63,789 bases of DNA, taken from a virus. Taxonomy: Duplodnaviria; Caudoviricetes. The DNA lies in IMG/VR virus record IMGVR_UViG_3300043395_000803, positions 1 to 63,789 of that record; one strand, given 5' to 3'. Each line of letters starts with the position of its first letter. The stretch's first letter is position 1. Below are positions 1 to 9,410 of this stretch, one piece after another. A program made the translations under genes and the position numbers. The notes beneath the pieces are model-generated. The model was not told the origin of the DNA. It searched no databases and was given only the letters and a program-made list of their open reading frames with translations.

Positions 1-329
1 CGTTGGTGTCCGTCAACCAGTGGTTGATCGTGTAACCCTCGGGGATCGAACCGTTGTTCTTCAGCGCGTTGATGTCGTTGTCGGCGGTCGCCACGCGGAG
101 TTCGGTCTCCAACAGACGGGTCGCAACGAATTGCAGTGAAGGCGGAACGATCAGTTTCCGGGGCTTGGCAGCGATCAGCAGACCACGTTCGTCCGTCCAC
201 GCTGCGATCTGGATCACGGCGTTTTCAAGGGACGTTTCGTTGAGGTCAGCACCCACGGTCGGGCGGTTGCTGTTGGTGCCACCAGAGATCAGCGGATGCG
301 CCGTCGAGAACAGGCTCACACCGTCGCCG
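1..329. repeat. Terminal overlap, copy 1 (matches 63461-63789); circular assembly overlap
   Basis: 329-nt direct repeat of the window end, differing at positions 50, 149, 161, 209 and 212; lies inside the capsid gene. Confidence 0.95.
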
Positions 330-736
330 TAGGTCACGGCGGAGTTGAAGCCTTGGTTCAGGATGGCCGCAGCCTTGACCTGCTTGGTGTAAGCCATAGC
401 ACGGGCCAGAGCCTTGGTGTAACGGGCCGACAGAGAGTCGTACAGGTTGTCTTCCATCGCCTCTTCGGTGATGGAGAAACCCATAGCGATGGTCTCGTGG
501 TTGTACCGTGCAGTCCAGGCTTCTTGCGCGTTGTCATACGCAATGGCTTGGCCTTCAGGCTTAACCGGGGCGGCAGAGAAACCAGCCAGTTTGGTTTCTT
601 CTTCGAACGAACGCTCGGAAGTCTCGGTTTCGTAGATTTCCTTGTGTTCTTCGCCGTAACGCTTGTACTCCATGCCAAACAGGGCGTTCAGACCCGGCAG
701 GAGTTCCTTCAGTAGTTGGGCACGAGAAATTGCCAT
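1..736 (-). CDS. Major capsid protein, N-terminal part (continues across the junction to 63288; ~302 aa)
   Basis: ATG at 736 with GGAG RBS; MAISRAQLLKELLPGLNALFGMEY...SERSFEEE...EEAMEDNLYDSLSARYTKALARAM, a Mu gpT-like/HTVC010P-like capsid signature; missed by the ORF track because it runs off the end. Confidence 0.93.
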   Translation of the reverse strand, partial: MAISRAQLLKELLPGLNALFGMEYKRYGEEHKEIYETETSERSFEEETKLAGFSAAPVKPEGQAIAYDNAQEAWTARYNHETIAMGFSITEEAMEDNLYDSLSARYTKALARAMAYTKQVKAAAILNQGFNSAVTYGDGVSLFSTAHPLISGGTNSNRPTVGADLNETSLENAVIQIAAWTDERGLLIAAKPRKLIVPPSLQFVATRLLETELRVATADNDINALKNNGSIPEGYTINHWLTDTN

Positions 737-749
737 TTTGAATTACTCC

Positions 750-1625
750 TTACGCAAGCGCCGTAGCGTATTGATACGAGTGCCAGCCCTGGTTCCACTT
801 CACCAAGACTTCAGGGAAGCCGGTAAAGGTGAAACTGCTACCAGCGGTAGAAGCGGTCAGCGTCTTCGCCACGGTGACGGTCGTGCCATTCACGTTGGTC
901 ACATAGTTGAAGTCGCCAGGGGTTCCACCAGCAGTTGCATCGGGGCAGACCACCGCCATACCGGCCTGAAGGCCAGTGACAGCAGCGTCCAGCGTGATGG
1001 TCGTGGAGGCAGAAGTACCCGTGCCCGACACGGAGTAAGCCGTTTCAGGGACCACAGCAACGACGCGGAACGGCAGCGAACTGGTCGCCACACGGACGTT
1101 GCCGGTACCGTTGGTCGGGCCGTCACCAGACACAGCCATCTTGGAATTGCCCGTGACGGTGCTACCGGCAACGCCGGTAATCGCGTACACGTTGGTTCCA
1201 ACGAACGACTGGTTGGCATAGCCAATGGTCGAAGCGGTGTTGCTCTCGGTGGAGGTTTGACCAACCATCGCCACCTTGAACAGTGCCGAGGGATCATCCA
1301 CCACAAAAGCCACGATGTCGTTAGCCAGGATACTACCGGGGTAGTACTGGGCGAACAACTTCTGACCCGTCGAGGGGTTGGTGTAAGAACATCCGACAAA
1401 TACGCCGATAGCGCCAGCGATGACCGAGGTCGGGCTGGTTGCGGCGGAATAGCCGGTCTTGATGATGGTTCCGTCCGTCGTCAACTGCAACAGGTCGCCA
1501 TTGAACAAGGCGGTGCTGTAGTTTCGAGCAATCGGAATTTGTCGGATTGCTCCAGCATACGGTAGGCCATTCAACTCGTTGATGGCTTTGAAACCGTAGG
1601 GAGCGTCAACAACAGGGTATGCCAT
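750..1625 (-). CDS. Capsid decoration / minor head protein
   Basis: 291 aa, beta-rich, MAYPVVDAPYGFK... N-terminus, directly upstream of the capsid gene. Confidence 0.7.
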   Translation of the reverse strand: MAYPVVDAPYGFKAINELNGLPYAGAIRQIPIARNYSTALFNGDLLQLTTDGTIIKTGYSAATSPTSVIAGAIGVFVGCSYTNPSTGQKLFAQYYPGSILANDIVAFVVDDPSALFKVAMVGQTSTESNTASTIGYANQSFVGTNVYAITGVAGSTVTGNSKMAVSGDGPTNGTGNVRVATSSLPFRVVAVVPETAYSVSGTGTSASTTITLDAAVTGLQAGMAVVCPDATAGGTPGDFNYVTNVNGTTVTVAKTLTASTAGSSFTFTGFPEVLVKWNQGWHSYQYATALA

Positions 1626-1644
1626 TTGTGACTCCTAAGATGAT

Positions 1645-2091
1645 TTAACCACGTCCGAACTTCACCTCAGAACGCCGCTCCTTGAAGACGGGCATCCGGG
1701 GATCGTTCTCGCGCATGAAGGCGTTGTCGACCGACTGCATCTGCCCATCAGTTTGACGCTGATAGTACGAGTTGCGTTGTTCGACAAACTCTTTGGGTGT
1801 TTTGCAAAGCAAGAGTCCACCAATCTCGATGCTATCTGGGAACCGGGGCTTGTCCCCAGTTGCCATGATTTGGATTTCGGGATGCTCAGAGGCTTTTACA
1901 GGCTCCCAACCTTCGCGGAGTTTTGCGGAAACATGGCCTGGATCGGCAGTACCCAAAGTACTGATTCGAATCCAACGAAACTCGTAGCCGTCCTCGGGGT
2001 TGGGGCTCGGCAGCAGTTCAGGAAGCATCCACTGCTTGGGGCGCTCCATCTTTGCTCGGGTATCCAATTCACGGGGAGTACGTTCAGCCAT
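1645..2091 (-). CDS. Conserved head-module protein of unknown function
   Basis: 148 aa with FRWIR...LREGWEPV...IGGLLLCK motifs; between scaffold and decoration genes. Confidence 0.75.
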   Translation of the reverse strand: MAERTPRELDTRAKMERPKQWMLPELLPSPNPEDGYEFRWIRISTLGTADPGHVSAKLREGWEPVKASEHPEIQIMATGDKPRFPDSIEIGGLLLCKTPKEFVEQRNSYYQRQTDGQMQSVDNAFMRENDPRMPVFKERRSEVKFGRG

Positions 2092-3031
2092 TTTGTTTCC
2101 TCATTTCTTCCGCAACCGCACGGGCGTACTGCTCATTCGTCAGTCCGAGCCGCTTGGCGATGTTCACTTGGGACTTGGTCAGCACGATTTTTTTGGGCGC
2201 TGTGCTTCGGTTCGCGGGTGCAACTACCGGTGATTTCTTTGGCTTCTCGGAGGTAAACGCATCCGGGAAGATTTGCCGCATACGTTGGTCGATGCGGTCA
2301 AAGTATTCATCACTCGCCAGTTTTACCCCACTTTCCACAAGTTTCCGATGCAGTGTCAGAGCAACAGCCGTCATCTCCTCGTTTGGCCCAAACCAGGGAT
2401 TGGCATCTTGCCACGCGGCTGATTTGGGATCGAGGACTACCGGCTCTTGTTGAACTGGTTGTGGTGCGGGTTGTACCACAGGTTTTTCTGCTTGAACAGG
2501 GGCCGGTTTGAAATTATTCACCCGGTCTGCTTTGATCTTTGCGGCAGTCAAAGCCTCCTGGGCTTCAACAATTCCGTCCGAATCACCTGACTCAAACGCA
2601 ATCTTGTACTTGCGCTTGGCCTCTTCCAACTCGTTTGCAACAACCTTTTTGGCCTGCTCCAAGAGCACTTGTTGGGTCTGCCCCTGCGAACTTTGGAGTT
2701 TTTTGTTCTCCTCTATAAGTTGTTGAGCAAGGCGAAGCGCCTCTTCGCGCTCACGGAAAGCAGCCTCTTTTGCCCGGCGCTCTTCGTGATAACCCTTAGA
2801 AAAGTGCTGGATGCGCTTTTTGACCCCTTCGGAATACTGGGCCAGTTCATCATCCGTAACTTCTGCCGGGGGTTCCTTCATCGGGGGGCGATCACGATCC
2901 TCTAAGGGAGTATCGTCAATCACCTCAACCTCGGGCTCTGCTTCGCCCTCGACTTCAAACTGGATTTCTTCCTGCTTCTTGTCCTCGACCTTTTCGTCCG
3001 GGAACTTGAATGCTTCTTGATCAAGCGGCAT
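2084..3031 (-). CDS. Capsid scaffolding protein (putative)
   Basis: Start reassigned to MPLDQEAF (AGGAGG RBS); acidic N-terminus, coiled coil, C-terminal QVNIAKRLGLTNEQYA helix; position in head module. Confidence 0.75.
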   Translation of the reverse strand: MPLDQEAFKFPDEKVEDKKQEEIQFEVEGEAEPEVEVIDDTPLEDRDRPPMKEPPAEVTDDELAQYSEGVKKRIQHFSKGYHEERRAKEAAFREREEALRLAQQLIEENKKLQSSQGQTQQVLLEQAKKVVANELEEAKRKYKIAFESGDSDGIVEAQEALTAAKIKADRVNNFKPAPVQAEKPVVQPAPQPVQQEPVVLDPKSAAWQDANPWFGPNEEMTAVALTLHRKLVESGVKLASDEYFDRIDQRMRQIFPDAFTSEKPKKSPVVAPANRSTAPKKIVLTKSQVNIAKRLGLTNEQYARAVAEEMRKQNG

Positions 3032-3041
3032 GTGATCCTCC

Positions 3042-3446
3042 TTAAACGCGAGAGATGCCACGCGGGTCTTGCACCACGGCTTCCACGCTGTCATCGTTGA
3101 TGATGCGGAACTCACGCCCGTGAATCTTCACGCGGGTGCCCGTGTTGGGTCGAACCAAAACAAAGTCGCCCGGTTTGCACGATGGTCCACTGGGGAATCG
3201 GGTTTTATCGCCGTAGGCGTCCGGCCCCATCTTCATCACAAACAGCACTGGAGACATGACTTCCTCGAAGTGCATGGTCTGCCCTGACTTGACGATCCCA
3301 CTCTCATACTCACGGTCGATCTCTGGGAGAACGCACAGCAAGTGGTACGTTGCGGGTTCGGGAAGTTGCTTGGCCTTTTCCTCTGCCGTTTCAGGCAGGG
3401 TGGTCGGCACGGCGTCTTCGCCGGTACTCAGGAGGATTTCACTCAT
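3042..3446 (-). CDS. groES: GroES/Cpn10-like co-chaperonin
   Basis: LPEP..YHLL...SGIV...VMKMGPDAY...CKPGDFVL...GTRVKIHGREFRIINDDSVEAVV matches the Cpn10 pattern. Confidence 0.85.
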   Translation of the reverse strand: MSEILLSTGEDAVPTTLPETAEEKAKQLPEPATYHLLCVLPEIDREYESGIVKSGQTMHFEEVMSPVLFVMKMGPDAYGDKTRFPSGPSCKPGDFVLVRPNTGTRVKIHGREFRIINDDSVEAVVQDPRGISRV

Positions 3447-3642
3447 CTTCGTTTTGCTCCATCTTTCGCACGAGGTCGGTGATAAACATGTGTGCGGTTG
3501 AGAGACCCCGGACCTCACCACACATACTGCGGTACTCGGCATAGTCCCGAGCCGCACCATCTACGAGGGCACGGGCGATGGACTCCCGGTGCTCCTCAAT
3601 GTCTTTCAATACCACGGAAAACGCAGTGGTTGCCATGATCAT
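3439..3642 (-). CDS. Small conserved head-module protein
   Basis: 67 aa with DYAEYRSMCGEVRGL motif; overlaps neighbours. Confidence 0.7.
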   Translation of the reverse strand: MIMATTAFSVVLKDIEEHRESIARALVDGAARDYAEYRSMCGEVRGLSTAHMFITDLVRKMEQNEDE

Positions 3643-4580
3643 TCCTTTGCTAAATGTTCTCGATACACATCCTGATTGATGGTTTCCGTTTTGTAATCAA
3701 TGCCACAGAACGCAGCATAGTCAGCAATCGTCCTCTGATTGCCAAGCCCATAGATTCCTTTGAGATCGCCAGTCAATACCTGCCTGACGCGCTTGAGAGA
3801 GTGCAACTTCAACTTCTCCCAGTTCTCATGGCGCTTCTTATCCGCGTGGCATTCCCAATGCGCCACTCGGTGGTCGCGGTCCCAGTTGTGATAAATGGGC
3901 ATGTTGGGGACATAGAAAATGTCCCAGCCGTGCGTGAATGAGCGCAGCGTGATGGTCTGCTCCTCGCCCTCAAAGTAAATCTGAGGGTCGTATGGAATCT
4001 CATCAACAAATTTGCCCCTGGAGAACAAGCATCCAGCGGCTGTGTACCACGCCTTTACGGGCCTTTTGATTGGCTCTGTCTGCGCCGCCACCATAAGAAT
4101 CAGCGCATCGTCACAGAACTTAACCGGAGGCTTGAAGATGTGGACCTTTGCCCCGTCTTCAATTTCCCTAACCGGCAAACTTTTCTCAAACCAAAACTTC
4201 TTGGGATACCCAGAGATGATTGGCTTGCTGAACTGCTCTTCCAGTGACTTGGCCTGCCCAATAAACCACTCATCCCAGTGCATGTCAAAGAGCATGTGGG
4301 AGTCAATCTGAAAGTACCAATCTTCTCCCTGGTAAAGCGACATCGCCAAGGCTCTGGCCCAGCAAACGCCGCGCGAGTCCTCGGGTTCAACGCCGATATA
4401 CCGGATGTACTTGCGTGCAAGAAGGCCCGGGTTAATTCTCCTGGCCTGCTCTCTTTGTTCTACAACACCGAATGTGATTCTGTTTGGGTACTTTGCCTTG
4501 GCTAACGCATCAGCAATTGTGGCTTTCAACAGGTCATCCTGATAGGCCGCAACGCTGATAAAGATCGTTTCCGTGCTCAT
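3639..4580 (-). CDS. GT60-like GlcNAc-transferase (Skp1-hydroxyproline/polypeptide alpha-GlcNAc transferase family, GT-A fold)
   Basis: TIFISVAAYQD, RITFGVVEQ, SRGVCWAR, YFQIDSHM (DSH metal motif), VDEIPYDPQIYFEGEE, RSFTHGWDIF, IYH: the motif series of the Gnt1-type family. Confidence 0.88.
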   Translation of the reverse strand: MSTETIFISVAAYQDDLLKATIADALAKAKYPNRITFGVVEQREQARRINPGLLARKYIRYIGVEPEDSRGVCWARALAMSLYQGEDWYFQIDSHMLFDMHWDEWFIGQAKSLEEQFSKPIISGYPKKFWFEKSLPVREIEDGAKVHIFKPPVKFCDDALILMVAAQTEPIKRPVKAWYTAAGCLFSRGKFVDEIPYDPQIYFEGEEQTITLRSFTHGWDIFYVPNMPIYHNWDRDHRVAHWECHADKKRHENWEKLKLHSLKRVRQVLTGDLKGIYGLGNQRTIADYAAFCGIDYKTETINQDVYREHLAKE

Positions 4581-5071
4581 AAGCCAAAGAGTTGAATCGT
4601 GTTCCGAACCGGCGCGTCGGGCGTCGTTTGAAACACGCAATGATCAAGCGGCGTGACGATGTAGTTGGCGTGATTGAACTCGGGTTTCAGGCACTTAACT
4701 TCAGCGCCTTCTTTCCAAGCAAAGTACCCGCCGTAGTTCTCATCCCAATACTCATTGAGATGAATGGTCATGCCAAACTTCCATGAGTGATCTTGGTGCC
4801 AAGTGATGTAACTGCCCGGCATCATGCGGTGATAGACAGCGTAGATGTTGGCGTACTTGTTCAACTCTGGGTGAGCAACTTTGGCTTGAGCCGCCACATC
4901 TTGTCTCAAGTCTTCAGTCAGATCAAAGACCAAGATGGCCGCGCTTGACCTGATCAATTCCTTTTGCCATGAGGTGTGGTTTGTCCGGCAAGAAGATTGA
5001 TCCTTTGTGTATGCGTGCAACCGCTCAATGAGCGGCGCACTCAACACATCTCTAAAACTTTGTACGCTCAC
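4577..5071 (-). CDS. 2OG-Fe(II) oxygenase, prolyl-4-hydroxylase-like
   Basis: ITWHQD (HxD), TIHLNEYWDENYGG, distal H (DHCV) and 2OG-binding R (VRNTIQ); GTG start overlaps portal stop. Confidence 0.85.
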   Translation of the reverse strand: MSVQSFRDVLSAPLIERLHAYTKDQSSCRTNHTSWQKELIRSSAAILVFDLTEDLRQDVAAQAKVAHPELNKYANIYAVYHRMMPGSYITWHQDHSWKFGMTIHLNEYWDENYGGYFAWKEGAEVKCLKPEFNHANYIVTPLDHCVFQTTPDAPVRNTIQLFGL

Positions 5072-7488
5072 TGCTTCACCGCGCCTTTATTGGGGCGGGG
5101 CTTCATCACCGTCTTGATCATTTCGGCGCGAAGTTTCTTGTCGTTCTGCTGTGATTGAGCAGCAAGGCGGGCTTGCTCCTTCTGGGTTTCGATTGCAATG
5201 CGCTCTCGCTCAAGACGAATCTTTTCCTGAGCAATGGCGAAGTCGCGCTGGCTGTCCTGCTCTTTACGTTGCAGTTCTTGCATACGCAATTGCAGTTCTG
5301 CCTGCTGCATTTGCAGCATCGGGTTCTGCGCCATCTCTTGAGCCTGGGCTTGTTGAGCCTTGCCCATGTTGGACTGAAGCAGTTGCTGTGCGGCCTGAGC
5401 AACCAGACGGGAGATTTGCACCTCTGCTTGCTCATCCAGTTCAGCATCGGGCGGAGTAAGCGGAACGCCCAACTGTTCTTCAACCTGTTGACGGTACGCA
5501 AAGGCCATGTGCTCTGCGATGTGAGCCATGATGGCTGCGCCCATCTGTTGGGCCATCGGAGATTGACCAATCATCTGAGCAACCATCGGGTCTTGCATCA
5601 GCGCCATGTGAGTAGCGATGTGCGCCTGATGATCTTGGTAGATGAATGCCTTGGTCGGCTTGCCGGTCAGGAACGACATGTTCTCCGACACCGGATCGCG
5701 AGGCTTCTGGTCTTCCTCAATCGGAACCAACTTCTCGGCATTCTTGATACCAAGAACTTCCAACATCTGCCGGTGCAGGTTGGGTAGGTCATAGATTTGC
5801 GGAGCACCTTGGGCCAACTGGAGAGCGGCTTGATACTGCATGATCCGCTGCGCCATCGTGGAGGCGTTGGGATCAGAGACCGGGATCACCTCAACAAGAT
5901 CGTAGTCCTCTTGTTTTGCAGCACGATTTCCTCCCACGGGGATGTAGGAGTAATCCGGCGGCATGTAGTCCCGGATGATCTGCTTGAGGAGTTTGAACTC
6001 CATCTTCAGGCTTGCATGCACGCGAGCCTGAACAGCCGACATCGTCTTGAGTTGACGCTCAAGCAGAGCCAGGGTAGTACCCACCGGGGCTTGAGCCGAC
6101 ATGTCGCTGAACTTCAGATCAGCAATAGCCGCTAGGCGACGGCCTTCGTCGGTGATCTTGTCAAGGAGAACCGCGAGAACTTGGCTCGGTTCCTTGTACG
6201 GCAGCGGCATGATGTTGTCACGCAGCGCGCCAGACGGGATATCTACATCTCTAAATTCACCTGGGGCAATCGGCGTGTCGTCACCCTTGACTCGCAGACC
6301 CCGGGTCTTCAGCCCTCCGGGGAGGTTGGACAGTGTTCCCGCGTCTACCAGTTGGCGAATAATCGCGGTCCCTGCACGAGCATACCCACCAATAATATGA
6401 ATAAAACCAAGGCCATAAGCACCAAAACCAGGGATGTAAGTGTACTGAACGAAGTGCTGTCGCTTGAGTTTTCGGCGGTCTGATTCTTCCCAGTTTCGTC
6501 GGATAGACAGAACGGTTTGGGTTCCCCGCTCGATGGTGATGACGTAGGGTAGTCCGATTCCGGTTTCTTCTCCATCATCGTCTGTATCCTCATAGCCCTT
6601 CAGATTCCAATCGACGTGAATCTCAAGCACCTGATACCGATCATCATCGGTGAGGGTGTAGCCCTGTTCCTCAGCCTTCTTCTTCTCAATGTCTGTAAAG
6701 ACTCTGACCGGCTCGCCCAGTTCTGTTTGGCGATAGAAGCCAGCGGCCATCAACTTGTTCAGATCATTCTCAGTCTTACGCATCACATGGGTGACGCGCT
6801 CGGCTGTATATACATTAGCCGCTCCGTAGGGAATGATCAAGTCTTCTGCCTGGATGTAAGCAGCCACTTGTCGGCCAAGTGAAGGATCAAAATAAACCTT
6901 CTTGAACGCTGCACCAGCAAGACCGAGGGAGTACAAGAGTCTTTCATGCTCAGGACGGTACTCAATCATCTCGTCCGTGAGCCGGTAGTTCATGTCGTCC
7001 TTGACACGGTCGGCAGACTCTTCGTTCTTCCGAGTTACTTCACCAATGATCTGGGTCTTGACAGGACCCTGAGCCGGAAAAGTCTCCGTGATCATCTCGG
7101 ACTGAAAGCGAATGGCCGCTTCGGTCAGGATCGGGGAGTACACACCGCAGGCGCCAAGCCAGGGTTCTGCTCGTTCTTCGTACTTCATGCCAAGGACTTC
7201 GAGTCCCTTGACATACATGTCGGCCCAGTCTTTGCGACTGTTGATGTCCGCGTCTACAAGACCAACAAGATCAGAGGCCAGAGACTGAAGGTCGCCTTCT
7301 TCCATGTACTCTGCGAGGTTGGCATCAAAGTCTTCGGCAGTCTCTGCTTCTGGCTCCAACTCAATCTCCAACCCGCCCATCCCGATCTTGACAGATTCGG
7401 GGTCTTCAATTTCAATCTCAACCATTGGTTCATCTCCCATCTCTTCTGGGAGGAGGGGAACCATTGCCGGGTCGATATTGGTTGCCAT
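5068..7488 (-). CDS. Portal protein
   Basis: ~806 aa; SRKDW, GAAFKKVY, GFGAYGLG, APVGTTLAL motifs and Q-rich helical C-terminus; follows terminase. Confidence 0.9.
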   Translation of the reverse strand: MATNIDPAMVPLLPEEMGDEPMVEIEIEDPESVKIGMGGLEIELEPEAETAEDFDANLAEYMEEGDLQSLASDLVGLVDADINSRKDWADMYVKGLEVLGMKYEERAEPWLGACGVYSPILTEAAIRFQSEMITETFPAQGPVKTQIIGEVTRKNEESADRVKDDMNYRLTDEMIEYRPEHERLLYSLGLAGAAFKKVYFDPSLGRQVAAYIQAEDLIIPYGAANVYTAERVTHVMRKTENDLNKLMAAGFYRQTELGEPVRVFTDIEKKKAEEQGYTLTDDDRYQVLEIHVDWNLKGYEDTDDDGEETGIGLPYVITIERGTQTVLSIRRNWEESDRRKLKRQHFVQYTYIPGFGAYGLGFIHIIGGYARAGTAIIRQLVDAGTLSNLPGGLKTRGLRVKGDDTPIAPGEFRDVDIPSGALRDNIMPLPYKEPSQVLAVLLDKITDEGRRLAAIADLKFSDMSAQAPVGTTLALLERQLKTMSAVQARVHASLKMEFKLLKQIIRDYMPPDYSYIPVGGNRAAKQEDYDLVEVIPVSDPNASTMAQRIMQYQAALQLAQGAPQIYDLPNLHRQMLEVLGIKNAEKLVPIEEDQKPRDPVSENMSFLTGKPTKAFIYQDHQAHIATHMALMQDPMVAQMIGQSPMAQQMGAAIMAHIAEHMAFAYRQQVEEQLGVPLTPPDAELDEQAEVQISRLVAQAAQQLLQSNMGKAQQAQAQEMAQNPMLQMQQAELQLRMQELQRKEQDSQRDFAIAQEKIRLERERIAIETQKEQARLAAQSQQNDKKLRAEMIKTVMKPRPNKGAVKQ

Positions 7489-7496
7489 GTTAATCC

Positions 7497-9002
7497 TCAA
7501 TAATACGCCGCCTTGCGCGGCTGAACGAAGGGTTCATCTCTCTCGTCTGATTCGAGTTTGATCAAACCACCGGACCTAAAGCGAAGCATAGCCTGTACGG
7601 TCGAATCCACCAAGTCGTCATGCTCCGCATTTGGGAAAGCAGCCATCTGTTCGACCACCTCGTGCGCCCATCTCCGGTCTGGAATCCACACTTTTCCTGA
7701 TCTGAAGATGTCGGCCACTGAACTCAGGCGGGCAAACTTGTCATTCGGGACTTTTTTCGTCCCACGGGTGGGGGTGTACTCCGAAACAATGAGCCCCATC
7801 TGCCTCAATTCGTAAATAAGCGGGGCTCCGGCGGCTTTTGCCTCGATGAGACACACATCGGGCTCCCACTCCTTGTACATCTCGTAGGCTTTGTCCTTCA
7901 GTTCGGGAAATTCCATCCGTTTTTGGAAGGCATCCAACAAGATTAGGTGGGGATCGCGTTCATTTTCGTCCTTATTGAAGACTCCCCACGTCGTACAGGC
8001 CGAAAAGTCGGACCTTTCGTTCTTTGTGAAGGCCGTATCCCAAGATTGGATGATGAATTCGCACTGTGGAGGGTCATCTTTCTCCCAAATCTGCCACCAC
8101 TCCCGCTTGATCATTGCCCCTTCTTCGCCAGTTGGCGTTTGCTGATATTGAGCGTTCCATTTGGAGATCGGAAGTTCGGCTTTTAGGTCTTCTAAGAGGT
8201 TTAGCGGCCAGAATTCAGGCCAAAGTGGGTTCCCAGAAGGAAGAATCGCGGGGAATTCGATGACTTTCCACTCCTCATCCTTGCCTCTTTTGGCCGAATC
8301 CTTGAGAACCTGACCAATCAGGTCCCGATCCGACCACCTCGTAGCGATGATGATGATCGCTCCCCCTGGTTGAAGGCGCTGTCTGGGGCCAGAGGTGTAC
8401 CACTCATACGTTGAGTCATAAATTCCGGGGTTCCCAGCGGCCAAAGTCGCCTCTTGTTCCGAATGTGGATCATCAATGATCACCACATCCGCACCTCTAC
8501 CGGTCATGGTACCGCCTACACCAATAGCGAAATACTCCCCACGGTCATTCACAGCCCACCGGCCCGCACTCTTGGAGTCCTGCCTCAACCTTACATTCGG
8601 GAACACCTCGTGGTACTGCTCCGAATCCACCAAATTTCGGACCTTCCGGCCAAACCCAACAGCGAGTTCACTCGTATTTGAGGACTGCATCACCTTCTTG
8701 TCAGGGAACTTTCCAAGGAACCAAGCCGGAAACAGGAACGAACCAAACTCCGACTTCGTGTGCCGAGGCGGCATGCTAATAGCCAGCCTCTTAATAGACC
8801 CATCTGCTATACCCTCAAAGGCTTTTGCCACCACCGCATGGTGCCTCCCCGAGATAAACCCAGGCCACATCTTCTTCACAAAAGCCAAAAACGACCCCTG
8901 GCACTTCTCCCTCTCAAGAGCCATCTTGTACTCGTTGACCTGATGGAGCAACTTCTCCTGATCGGCCACACTCAACTGACTGATCAAATCGTCTAACTTC
9001 AT
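7497..9002 (-). CDS. terL: Terminase large subunit
   Basis: MPPRHTKSE Walker A variant, GRGADVVIIDDP Walker B, ATRW, QSWDTAF nuclease, IEAKAAG, HDDLVDS; start reassigned to MKLDDLI. Confidence 0.95.
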   Translation of the reverse strand: MKLDDLISQLSVADQEKLLHQVNEYKMALEREKCQGSFLAFVKKMWPGFISGRHHAVVAKAFEGIADGSIKRLAISMPPRHTKSEFGSFLFPAWFLGKFPDKKVMQSSNTSELAVGFGRKVRNLVDSEQYHEVFPNVRLRQDSKSAGRWAVNDRGEYFAIGVGGTMTGRGADVVIIDDPHSEQEATLAAGNPGIYDSTYEWYTSGPRQRLQPGGAIIIIATRWSDRDLIGQVLKDSAKRGKDEEWKVIEFPAILPSGNPLWPEFWPLNLLEDLKAELPISKWNAQYQQTPTGEEGAMIKREWWQIWEKDDPPQCEFIIQSWDTAFTKNERSDFSACTTWGVFNKDENERDPHLILLDAFQKRMEFPELKDKAYEMYKEWEPDVCLIEAKAAGAPLIYELRQMGLIVSEYTPTRGTKKVPNDKFARLSSVADIFRSGKVWIPDRRWAHEVVEQMAAFPNAEHDDLVDSTVQAMLRFRSGGLIKLESDERDEPFVQPRKAAYY

Positions 9003-9379
9003 TCCAAATTCCTGAAGTTGATGTACACAGGCCGGATCGTCCTCCCAGCCCCCTCCATCTTCTTCACCACCCCCAACTTCACCAGCCGGTTCACGATCTT
9101 GTGAACCCCACTCACCCCGCTTCTCCCAGTTACATACGCAATCTCCCTCACAGTCGGGCTGTACCCAAACCGCTTCCACCACTCATCAATCGCCAAAAAC
9201 ACTTCCTTCTGCGCCGGGCTCATCTCCATCTCCATACACTCACTCTCACTCCTGTCCCCCCTGCGAGCCCTCAATTCCCCTATCTGAACCCGTTTCCGCC
9301 TCTTATCCACATACTTATCCACAGAAACTGGGGATAACTTTTCCTCTCCGGCTGGTGCGATCTGGTGTACTTCAGTCAT
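8999..9379 (-). CDS. LexA-type winged-HTH DNA-binding protein (no peptidase domain); start uncertain, possibly 9235
   Basis: MSPAQKEVFLAIDEWWKRFGYSPTVREIA...SGVHKIVNRLVKLG...RTIR matches the LexA N-terminal domain. Confidence 0.8.
   Translation of the reverse strand: MTEVHQIAPAGEEKLSPVSVDKYVDKRRKRVQIGELRARRGDRSESECMEMEMSPAQKEVFLAIDEWWKRFGYSPTVREIAYVTGRSGVSGVHKIVNRLVKLGVVKKMEGAGRTIRPVYINFRNLE
9303..9337. promoter_or_regulatory. Cluster of three DnaA-box-like 9-mers
   Basis: TTATCCACA at 9303-9311 and 9315-9323 (perfect); inverted TTATCCCCA at 9329-9337 (8/9). Confidence 0.65.
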
Positions 9380-9410
9380 GCAAAGTGAGGAAAACGTTGT
9401 GATGAAACAA

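Noticed and set aside
1955-1980. tRNA T-loop-like TTCGAATCC
   Set aside because: Inside a conserved CDS with no cloverleaf; no tRNA identified by eye anywhere in the window
7497-9002. Intron or intein in terminase or helicase
   Set aside because: Both ORFs are continuous, of normal length and lack splicing motifs
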